In this document: piece by piece, positions 18,263 through 25,967 of the stretch | Layout of the letters: every line of letters begins with the position of its first letter | Position numbering within the stretch: position 1 is the stretch's first letter | Source of the DNA: Candidatus Heimdallarchaeota archaeon B3_Heim | GTDB taxonomy: Archaea > Asgardarchaeota > Heimdallarchaeia > Hodarchaeales > Hodarchaeaceae | DNA: 32,000 nt | NCBI GenBank assembly: GCA_003144275.1 | Contig: NJBF01000019.1 | Location: 30,001 to 62,000, forward strand | Direction: 5' to 3' | Made by a program: the position numbers and the translations under genes | The notes under the pieces: generated by a model | What the model was told of the DNA's origin: nothing | What the model saw: only the letters and a program-made list of their open reading frames with translations | The model's database searches: none

Positions 18263-19950
18263 ACTTTACTTAGATTTCCTTTACAATAGGGGCAAACTCT
18301 GATGCCAGTTTTTCCGATGTCATCATAACAATTCGCACAAACCATTCGTGAACATTGATCACATTGGTAAGCAGAGTCAGTTGAGGGATGCTGCTCATTG
18401 TCTAATTGACAGAAGAAAGATTTTCTTTCATCAGGGAAAAATTTGTGAGAATCGGACTTCTGCTCTACTGGTGTGCCACAATTCTTACAGAAACGACTAT
18501 CTGACTTCAAAGTGTCACCACAGTTTTTACACCATTTAGAATTTGCAGGAGTTGTCGCTTTAGGTGTACCATAGTCACGCCCATGAAGTTTAGCCCCACA
18601 ATTTGTACAAAAGACATCACTAGGCCTGTAAACCGCTTTACATCTATGACACTCAGTCTTTTGAGGTGACGGGGCCGTAGTAGTTGTAGCAGTCTGTGTT
18701 ACTGCTGAACCTGTACTCGTGGCTGCTGCACTTGCACTTTTCTTAGAACTTCTTCGTTGGACTACCGCAATTATGAGAACGAGGACAGCGATAAAGCCTA
18801 TAACGAATAAAACAGGCCTTGCATCCTTCCAGTGGTCTTCGTATGTCACATCTGTATTATACCGAACTTCAAACGAAATGTCTACAGATTCTTCAGAGTT
18901 GACAAATGGATTCATATATATGAAGAAATACCAGGTGCCATCATAGGGCACTGTAAATGTTCCAGATTGTCGATCGTCGACATCCTCAATAAATAAACCT
19001 GGGGGGTCAGCTGCAGAGAAATCAATATTGTCCGTGGCAACATAATCCACCATAAAATCTATCTGAATCGGTGAAGTGGTCGGGTTGTACCATACTAAGT
19101 ACCAATCCTGGGCGTAGGTAACCACAAAGGTATTCTCATAGGGGTCAGAGCCAACGTAGGAATCCTCGGGTATTATTGTCTCCCAATTGTTCCAACGATT
19201 AAGAGCATTTGCATCAGCAACAAAAAATTCTATATCACCGCCTGAGGTTACGTTAAATTGGAAGGTTAATACAGAACCTGGCTTTAAAAAGTACCCAATG
19301 TATTGATAGTCATGATCAGCCTGAACGATCATACTCTCGGAATAGCTACCAGTAAGGTCTTGATCTTGCGGTAAATTCTCAAACGGTTGATCCCAAATAA
19401 GAAACGTCACCGTGGACGTTGCTTCGACGCTATAATCGATTATTTGATCTTCTTTCATCGGTTCCCGTTCATACCAATATTCATTATACCAAATAGTTTG
19501 TGTATCTTGATATGTGACTGTTCCACTTTCATTACTACTAGCAAATGGATAAGGAATGAAAGCCATACTAATCATTGGTAGAATTACGAGTAATGCGATG
19601 ATACCAAGAACTGCGCCACCACCCCAATAAACAGGTGCATAATACCATCTTCGGTATGGATATCCCCACCACCAATTCCAATGCCACCATCGACGATACC
19701 ATGGCCGATAATAACCGCCCCAATAACGTCGATGACGTCTACGATGATAGTTTCTTCCTGGACGAGATCGTGGGGCACGAGAAACAGTTCGACGAGAACC
19801 TGTGCGACCAAAGGGCCGACCTGATCTTCTTACTGATCCTACTCTGAAGCTTCGACTTCCACCTCGGAAACCTCCACCTCTAAACCCACCACCACCTCGA
19901 AAACCGCCCCCTCCACCGCCTCGAAATCCACCGCCACCGCCACGAGGCAT
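18256..19950 (-). CDS. Two-TM membrane protein: RGG/Arg-Trp-Tyr N-terminus, acidic ectodomain, double zinc ribbon and RING-like C-terminus (564 aa)
   Basis: Start moved from 20001 to ATG 19950, which has a GAGGAGG SD inside the end of the upstream gene. TM1 AVLGIIALLVILPMISMAFI, TM2 VLFVIGFIAVLVLIIAVV, and seven CxxC pairs after TM2. Confidence 0.85.
   Translation of the reverse strand: MPRGGGGGFRGGGGGGFRGGGGFRGGGFRGGSRSFRVGSVRRSGRPFGRTGSRRTVSRAPRSRPGRNYHRRRHRRYWGGYYRPWYRRWWHWNWWWGYPYRRWYYAPVYWGGGAVLGIIALLVILPMISMAFIPYPFASSNESGTVTYQDTQTIWYNEYWYEREPMKEDQIIDYSVEATSTVTFLIWDQPFENLPQDQDLTGSYSESMIVQADHDYQYIGYFLKPGSVLTFQFNVTSGGDIEFFVADANALNRWNNWETIIPEDSYVGSDPYENTFVVTYAQDWYLVWYNPTTSPIQIDFMVDYVATDNIDFSAADPPGLFIEDVDDRQSGTFTVPYDGTWYFFIYMNPFVNSEESVDISFEVRYNTDVTYEDHWKDARPVLFVIGFIAVLVLIIAVVQRRSSKKSASAAATSTGSAVTQTATTTTAPSPQKTECHRCKAVYRPSDVFCTNCGAKLHGRDYGTPKATTPANSKWCKNCGDTLKSDSRFCKNCGTPVEQKSDSHKFFPDERKSFFCQLDNEQHPSTDSAYQCDQCSRMVCANCYDDIGKTGIRVCPYCKGNLSKVQ
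19830..19947 (-). repeat. Low-complexity GC-rich repeat encoding (G)nFRGG units
   Basis: Translates as RGGGGGFRGGGGGGFRGGGGFRGGGFRGGSRSFR; repeated CCACC/CCGCC motifs on the plus strand. Confidence 0.9.
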
Positions 19951-19954
19951 TTTT

Positions 19955-20923
19955 TTATTCCTCCTCGGGTGTGGCGGACGTTTCGCGGAATACAAGGTCA
20001 CGAGAAACGGCTGCGAGTAGACAAATTATTGCTATAACTGAGAATAACAATCCACCAAAATCAATTTGAGTACTAGAAACACGTAGGACATCCATCAGAA
20101 TGAAAGAAACAAAGAATAGCCATTCTACTATAATTCCTAACAGACCTAATAAAGTACCAATAGCATGCCAATTCCGATTGACTTTAATCATCTTATAATC
20201 TGCATATGCCCATTGGAAAATTGCATAAATGCTTACAAGACCAAGAACGATAAATAAGACCCCAAAGATTGACAAAGAAAGCCATAAAAAGTTAAATTGA
20301 CCTTGGATATCTGTATATCGGATCCAAAAACTAGCCCCACGAACCTCAAAAAGATAGTACGTGGCTGTGAAACCCCCTTGGCTTGCAATCGGTGCTTTTA
20401 GGTAACCAACAATACCTATAAGGGGAGCAAAAATCCCGAAAAATAGGTATAACACCGACATAAGAATGGTAAAACTATAATTTGCAAATCGTGGATTAGA
20501 AACAGGTATGAGGCCTTTTTGGTCTTCATACTTTTCAGGTAAAAAACCCCAGCAATCAGTTATCGTAGCAACTCCGATAACTTCATTATTTTCTACAACA
20601 GGAACGACTGATACATCTAAATCTCTCATACGAGCAAAAGCATCGGATACTGTTGTACTTTTTGTGACTGGGTCAATTGTGTACATAATCTCGGTTACTT
20701 TTGACTTATCCACAGATAACCCTTCTGCAACCAAGCCAGTTACAATATCAAAATCAGCTATGACGCCCTGATACATATTATCGTCATCAAGGACAACCAA
20801 ATCAGGAATTCCTTTTTCCTTCATTTTTAATGCCGCTTCTTGTACTGAGGCATTGGCTGAAATTGTATCATACTCATCATCAATTGTTAAATCTTGAATT
20901 AAGAACTCTTTTTCTTTTGACAA
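19955..20923 (-). CDS. CBS-pair domain fused to a four-TM membrane domain
   Basis: Two CBS motifs (IPDLVVLDD...GVIADFDIV; VSVVPVVEN...GVATITD) followed by four hydrophobic helices. TTG start with GGAGG SD. Confidence 0.85.
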   Translation of the reverse strand: MSKEKEFLIQDLTIDDEYDTISANASVQEAALKMKEKGIPDLVVLDDDNMYQGVIADFDIVTGLVAEGLSVDKSKVTEIMYTIDPVTKSTTVSDAFARMRDLDVSVVPVVENNEVIGVATITDCWGFLPEKYEDQKGLIPVSNPRFANYSFTILMSVLYLFFGIFAPLIGIVGYLKAPIASQGGFTATYYLFEVRGASFWIRYTDIQGQFNFLWLSLSIFGVLFIVLGLVSIYAIFQWAYADYKMIKVNRNWHAIGTLLGLLGIIVEWLFFVSFILMDVLRVSSTQIDFGGLLFSVIAIICLLAAVSRDLVFRETSATPEEE

Positions 20924-21154
20924 TGTGAAAACAAACCTCCAGCGGAAAGCATAGTTTCATTTCCAAATTAACTGGAGGTGAGGATATAAAGATTTCATTT
21001 ATGGAACATATCCCGAGATGAAAAAGTAACTTAGTTGTGGAATAATGTGAGGAATTCATAAATGAATTATTGGAGAATGGTTATCAAAGACATTCTAAGT
21101 GGATGGTAGATTTTTGTTATTTCGAAGAGATAAAAAACTGTGGAAGAGAAGTAA

Positions 21155-21307
21155 GGAACTATTTGTACAATTAGCAAAGTGAATACAATTGTTATTTCTT
21201 GGGTAGTCACCGTTCCAGTAACTACAGTACTTGGAGCAATTATCTGGTTTGTTGTTGATTGGGTATATGTTGCATTGAGTTTCGGAATGGTTTCTCTTCT
21301 CTTTTAA
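21155..21307 (+). pseudogene. Remnant 3' end of a PiT-family inorganic phosphate transporter-like gene
   Basis: Frame reads ...KVNTIVISWVVTVPVTTVLGAIIWFVVDWVYVALSFGMVSLLF*, resembling the PiT terminal helix IxxSWxxTxP. Its stop shares TTAA with the cdc6 stop, and an in-frame TAA lies at 21152. Confidence 0.55.
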
Positions 21308-22587
21308 TCTCCGTTCAACAAAGATCCAAGGGAAGTGATAATTTCCTCTGTCGGTAAGTCACGAATCCTTATGGTTGAAATTCGTCCTAAAGACCGACCA
21401 TTAGTATGACGATTTTCCACTTCTTGTTGAATTAAACCAAGTCGGCCTAAATCCTTTAGATATGCCCATACTTGTGTTTGCCGTCTACTACGTATACTTG
21501 CTTCTTCGCACACCCTTTCGTATTCTCTTTTTACCTCGGGAGTAGTTACAAATGACTGATTACAAACCGAAAGAAGACGGGCAATACTGAGCAACACAAG
21601 TTTTTGGTGGGTGTTTAAATCATCAATTATTGATTTTTCAATTGGTAGTACTTCCACGACTGCCCGTCTAACGTGCTCTGTACTAAGTTTTTTTTCTCCC
21701 TCAGCTTCACAAATTTTTGCTGTTCTCCAAAGAAGTTCAATAGCAAATCTAGCATCACCTTTTTCTTCAGCGAGACTGGCAACTGTATCTAGCAGCTCAT
21801 CGCTATAACTATCTTCACATAACCCCTGCTCTGCTCGGGTTGCTAGTATATCGAATAGTTGATACCGAGTGTATGGGGCAAATGTAATATAGTTGCGACC
21901 TAAAGATGAAGCGGTAGAAGTATCTAAATAATAACGGAAATTTTTATCCCGAGTAATCGTGAGAAGATTAAAACGGGACTCTAAACGATCCTGAGAAAGT
22001 TCGAATTCTTCTCTAATAATAGGTGATTCTTCTAATCGGGAAAGAGAATAAAGAAAATCAGTCCTTTCCTCAGGTAACAGGTAATCAATTTCGTCTAAGA
22101 CAAGGAGCACTGTTAAGTTCTGTTCGTATAGTAAGAGAGTGAACATTCGTAATAATTCATCAACACTGAACCCTCTCAAGGGAAATCCTGACACTAGATA
22201 TCTGAGGACGGTTGTTAGAATGAGATGTGGAGTTTTAGTCTTCCTACAATTCATATGAAAATATCTAAATCTCGGCTCTCCATGATTACGATTTTTAGCA
22301 ATATAAGTTGTCAATTCATTTCCAAAAGCATGGGAGATGACAGTTTTCCCAGTCCCCACTGGTCCATAAAGAATTACTTTCTTTGAGGAAGCAGTCGGAC
22401 TCGTGATGATAGATTTAAAATACGAAACAAGGGCTTTCATTTCATCTTCCCGATGCCAGATAGAATGAGGTGTATATGAAGATGTAAACACTTTTTCTCC
22501 TTGATTTACATCACCATCATCTTCGCGAAAAACTGTTGGATGAGAACCAAAAAGATCTGAAAATGAGTAATTATTATTGGTATCCAT
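21304..22587 (-). CDS. cdc6: Orc1/Cdc6 replication initiator
   Basis: VF...YTP...HRE, Walker A GPVGTGKT, Walker B LVLDEID, FAPYTRYQL, GDARFAIELL and C-terminal winged helix ending GRSLGRISTI. Confidence 0.95.
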   Translation of the reverse strand: MDTNNNYSFSDLFGSHPTVFREDDGDVNQGEKVFTSSYTPHSIWHREDEMKALVSYFKSIITSPTASSKKVILYGPVGTGKTVISHAFGNELTTYIAKNRNHGEPRFRYFHMNCRKTKTPHLILTTVLRYLVSGFPLRGFSVDELLRMFTLLLYEQNLTVLLVLDEIDYLLPEERTDFLYSLSRLEESPIIREEFELSQDRLESRFNLLTITRDKNFRYYLDTSTASSLGRNYITFAPYTRYQLFDILATRAEQGLCEDSYSDELLDTVASLAEEKGDARFAIELLWRTAKICEAEGEKKLSTEHVRRAVVEVLPIEKSIIDDLNTHQKLVLLSIARLLSVCNQSFVTTPEVKREYERVCEEASIRSRRQTQVWAYLKDLGRLGLIQQEVENRHTNGRSLGRISTIRIRDLPTEEIITSLGSLLNGD

Positions 22588-23279
22588 TTTTTCAACTCGA
22601 ACAGAATTAAGTCGGGTTCAATCAGAAAGTTACCTTTTAATTCGGTATTAAGTGAATATATTGTCGCTTCGTAAAAAAGTCTTAAGGACACAATTATTAA
22701 AATCAAATAGTAACTAAATATGGATTAACCGCAGATAGATAGTTGAGGAGTAAGTATAAGTGATTTAGAGTCAGGAGAATTCCCGTAGTGTGTTGATGTT
22801 TGTGGATTTTCTTTCATAAATAGAGTTCAACGAATTTTTACGGAATTTTTGTCAGAACCACCAGATGAGATATCTAAAAACAATTACTAAGATTCTTCTC
22901 TGCGATATTCTAGATAATTCTTATTCAATAGAGAGTAAAATGAAAGTGATCAACTAGGACTTATTCTAAAACTACCTCTTGGAGTGAGAGTGACTTCTTC
23001 GAAAATGACAAAAATAAACCAGAATATCTATTTAACTGTATAGTTGCAAATATATGAACGAAATCCTGTAATTACCGCTTTACTTGCGGGGATAACTACT
23101 TGAAACTAAATCTTTGTTCTTCTCTTCCAAAGATCAGCCATATTTATTTTGATTTACCTAGTAGAGTCCATTGAATTACGATTAAGCAAGGAATCATTTA
23201 GATAATATGCTCTGTTTAGTTAAAACGATGTGTGAATCATATCTTATCATATCATATGAAATCTACGGTGTGATCTAGG

Positions 23280-24365
23280 ATGCCACCCCGCAAGAAAAAA
23301 TCAAACAATGCTAAGAATGAAATTGTTGAGGAAGAAGGTGTGTTGGAAAGTGCAATATCAGAAAATTCCACCTCTGTTCCTAATGTAGCTACTAATAAAG
23401 AAGCATCAACTGGGAATATTGATGAACTTCCAGGTATTGGCCCTGCAACCGCAAAGAAATTGAGGGAATCAGGCTTTGGAACATTGGAATCGCTCGCTAC
23501 GGTGAGTATTGGTCAATTAGTTGCAGTAGGTAATCTTGGAGAAGCTACTTCAAGTAAAATTATCCAAGCAGCGAGAGATGCACTTAATTTTGGTTTCGTT
23601 TCTGCAGATGAAATATTAGAACGTCGACGAAACATGTTAAAGATTACTACCGGTTCAGCATCGCTGGACGACCTATTTGGTGGTGGAATTGAAACTAGTG
23701 CAGTTACTGAACTTTATGGGGAATTTCGGACTGGAAAAACGCAATTAGCTCATCAATTATGCGTTGCTGCACAGCTACCCCGTGAATTAGGTGGATTACG
23801 TGTTGATGGACCAATTAAAGTAATTTATATCGATACTGAAGGTACTTTTCGGCCTGAACGTATTCTAAATATGACTAAGAGATGGGAAGGTGATTTGGAT
23901 GTCAAACAGGTCTTAAAAAACATTATGCATGGCCGTGCATATAATAGTGACCATCAAATGGTTCTAGCTGAAAAAGCAGCTCAAGATAGTCAAACAGAGC
24001 CAATCGGATTGGTCATAGTTGACTCATTAATTGCACATTTTCGTGCGGAATATATTGGCCGAGGAACATTGGCGAGTAGACAACAAAAATTGAACCAACA
24101 CATCCATACTTTACTTAAAATGGCCGAAGTCGGAAATATGGCCGTCATTCTCACTAATCAAGTCCATTCTAAACCAGATATGTTTTTTGGTGATCCAACT
24201 TTGCCTGTTGGTGGACATATTGTAGCTCATGCAAGTCAGACTCGTGTTTACCTTCGAAAATCCAAGGGTGAACGCCGGATTGCTCGAATTGCCGATTCAC
24301 CTCTTTTACCTGAAAATGAAACAGTATTCGCTATCACTGGCGATGGTATTATCGACGTGAACTAG
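23280..24365 (+). CDS. radA: DNA repair and recombination protein RadA (Rad51 family)
   Basis: HhH LPGIGPATAKKL, GEFRTGKTQ, YIDTEGTFRPER, RAYNSDHQ, LTNQV and DSPLLPE. Confidence 0.97.
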   Translation: MPPRKKKSNNAKNEIVEEEGVLESAISENSTSVPNVATNKEASTGNIDELPGIGPATAKKLRESGFGTLESLATVSIGQLVAVGNLGEATSSKIIQAARDALNFGFVSADEILERRRNMLKITTGSASLDDLFGGGIETSAVTELYGEFRTGKTQLAHQLCVAAQLPRELGGLRVDGPIKVIYIDTEGTFRPERILNMTKRWEGDLDVKQVLKNIMHGRAYNSDHQMVLAEKAAQDSQTEPIGLVIVDSLIAHFRAEYIGRGTLASRQQKLNQHIHTLLKMAEVGNMAVILTNQVHSKPDMFFGDPTLPVGGHIVAHASQTRVYLRKSKGERRIARIADSPLLPENETVFAITGDGIIDVN

Positions 24366-24374
24366 CTATTTCTC

Positions 24375-24420
24375 GGTTTTTAGGGAGGCATCAAGTTTCC
24401 TTAAAAACCACCTTTTCTTT
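24375..24420 (+). terminator. Hairpin plus pyrimidine tract downstream of radA
   Basis: GGTTTTTAGGGA (24375-24386) pairs with TCCTTAAAAACC (24398-24409) with one G-U, followed by CCTTTTCTTT. Confidence 0.5.
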
Positions 24421-24652
24421 CTGAATCAGGCGTTGCCTGTCCCTATTATGACCTTTATTTGAATATTGAGGTCAATACGTCTTGAGAGAAAGGTTTGAAC
24501 GATTTTTCACATACTTCCATAACACCCGGTGTACCATACCGAGTGTATATTGTGGACTCCAGAAAACCGAAGTGCGCATTCTTCTTTCGGAATCCTTAAA
24601 TTTACGTTGTTTTGGGAGTAATAAATTGAAAAGAATAAACTGAAGTGAGTTA

Positions 24653-25354
24653 ATGCAGTTGCATCCAAAAAGTATGTTGAGTTTGTTGTGCGTTATATTG
24701 ATGCTAAACACACCGTTCATAACGATGGTTAAATCTGTAGAATTAGAATATACTATTAGCTCGGGAGATTCCTTTACTTATCAATTTTTAAACTCCACAG
24801 TTCCAGAAGGTATATCGATGACGAACCTTACAGGAACATATACTTCACTTCTTGCTATAGGGTCAAATATGACCATTACTATTACAGAAGTTACGGACTT
24901 ATCTTGTAAAGTGATTAAGAGTTATGAAGTAATTGATATTGAAGGTAGCATTGTATTTACTATTCCTCGGATGTAATATCACCTAATTCGACCTACAATT
25001 GATAATAAATCATATTGGCTAGAAATTATGGAAGTAGAATCTCCAGATTGGAATATGTCGCTACTAGGGGACTATATTACTTATACTCAAGATTATTCTA
25101 ATGCAGCAAGTTGGCCTAAATATCAAGAAGAAAAATGGAACTGGAAGACAGGAATATTGGACTATTATTATAAACGGATAGCATTTACTCAAGGTGGATA
25201 TCTAAACAGTCCAACTGTGACGGAATATCAGCTACGTAGAACAAGTCTTACTTCAGAATCTTCGAAGACAAACATCTCGTATGGGTTAATGGGGACTATC
25301 TCAGGAATTGTTCTACTCATATTATGGAAGAGAAATAGAATGAAATCTGGATAA
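24653..25354 (+). pseudogene. Secreted/C-terminally anchored surface protein interrupted by one in-frame TAA (24974-24976)
   Basis: The two listed ORFs share a frame and the 17 codons between them are open (YHLIRPTIDNKSYWLEI). Signal peptide-like N-terminus; TM plus basic tail (KRNRMK) at the C-terminus. Confidence 0.75.
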
Positions 25355-25356
25355 TT

Positions 25357-25887
25357 ATGGCAAGAAACTCCCCCTCATTTCTTATTACAGGCCCTCATAA
25401 GGCAGGAAAATCTACCCTGTGCTTAGATATTTTGAATCATGTTCAAACGCGTGAACTCTCTACTGGTGGGGTTATTACACTCCAAAACAATGTAAGATGG
25501 TTTTACCTAATTCAAAGCAAAAAGAAAGTGTTATTTGAGGCCAGAAATCACGAATCATCGGTTTCAATTGGGAAATTTCGTATTAGTGAGGAAAATTTAC
25601 AGCTTGCTCTGCAACACATTGCACAAGGACTGGATTGTGAATACCTCTTCATCGATGAAATTGGCATTCTGGAGATGAGTGGAAAAGGATATTTTCCTGT
25701 ACTTGAAACGGCCCTTACTCGACCTCAGGGGAATATAATAGTTATTCGTGAATCGATCTTTGATAATTTTCTATCTGAATTTAGTTTAAAATTCGATTAC
25801 GAAGTGCTTCGATGTAGTTTTGGTAAGAACAAGTCTCTCTTGAACCAAGTGAAAAGAAAAATAGATAAGAATTTTCAGGAGAAGTAG
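25357..25887 (+). CDS. Nucleoside-triphosphatase, THEP1/NTPase_1 family
   Basis: LITGPHKAGKST, TGGVIT, IGKFRI and LFIDEIGILE. Confidence 0.82.
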   Translation: MARNSPSFLITGPHKAGKSTLCLDILNHVQTRELSTGGVITLQNNVRWFYLIQSKKKVLFEARNHESSVSIGKFRISEENLQLALQHIAQGLDCEYLFIDEIGILEMSGKGYFPVLETALTRPQGNIIVIRESIFDNFLSEFSLKFDYEVLRCSFGKNKSLLNQVKRKIDKNFQEK

Positions 25888-25967
25888 ACTCACCAGTTGT
25901 AAACCTTTACAAAATTGTTTAATAAGAATTTAATCTTCTAAAATCCCAGTTATGGAGTCCATTCCCT

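Noticed and set aside
19951-20001. 17-codon N-terminal extension of the RGG protein given by the ORF track
   Set aside because: It overlaps the upstream CBS gene in another frame, and ATG 19950 has a strong SD.
19584-20020. Short ORFs 19584-19811 (-), 19635-19847 (+) and 19802-20020 (+, Pro-rich)
   Set aside because: These are shadow frames of the GC-rich RGG/Arg-Trp coding region.
20974-21235. Seven TGGA words at roughly 30-40 nt spacing as a mini-ORB or CRISPR-like array
   Set aside because: The flanks share no consensus, the word is only 4 nt, and part of the region is explained by the PiT remnant.
22747-23205. Eroded gene in one plus frame of the cdc6-radA gap
   Set aside because: Eight stops in about 150 codons is close to what random AT-rich DNA gives, and no family resemblance was recognised.
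24427-24720. Small palindromes (CAGGC/GCCTG, TGACCT-N14-AGGTCA) and an 82-aa minus ORF after radA as a MITE or ncRNA
   Set aside because: The stems are only 5-6 bp, there are no terminal inverted repeats with target duplication, and the ORF overlaps the next gene and has no motif.
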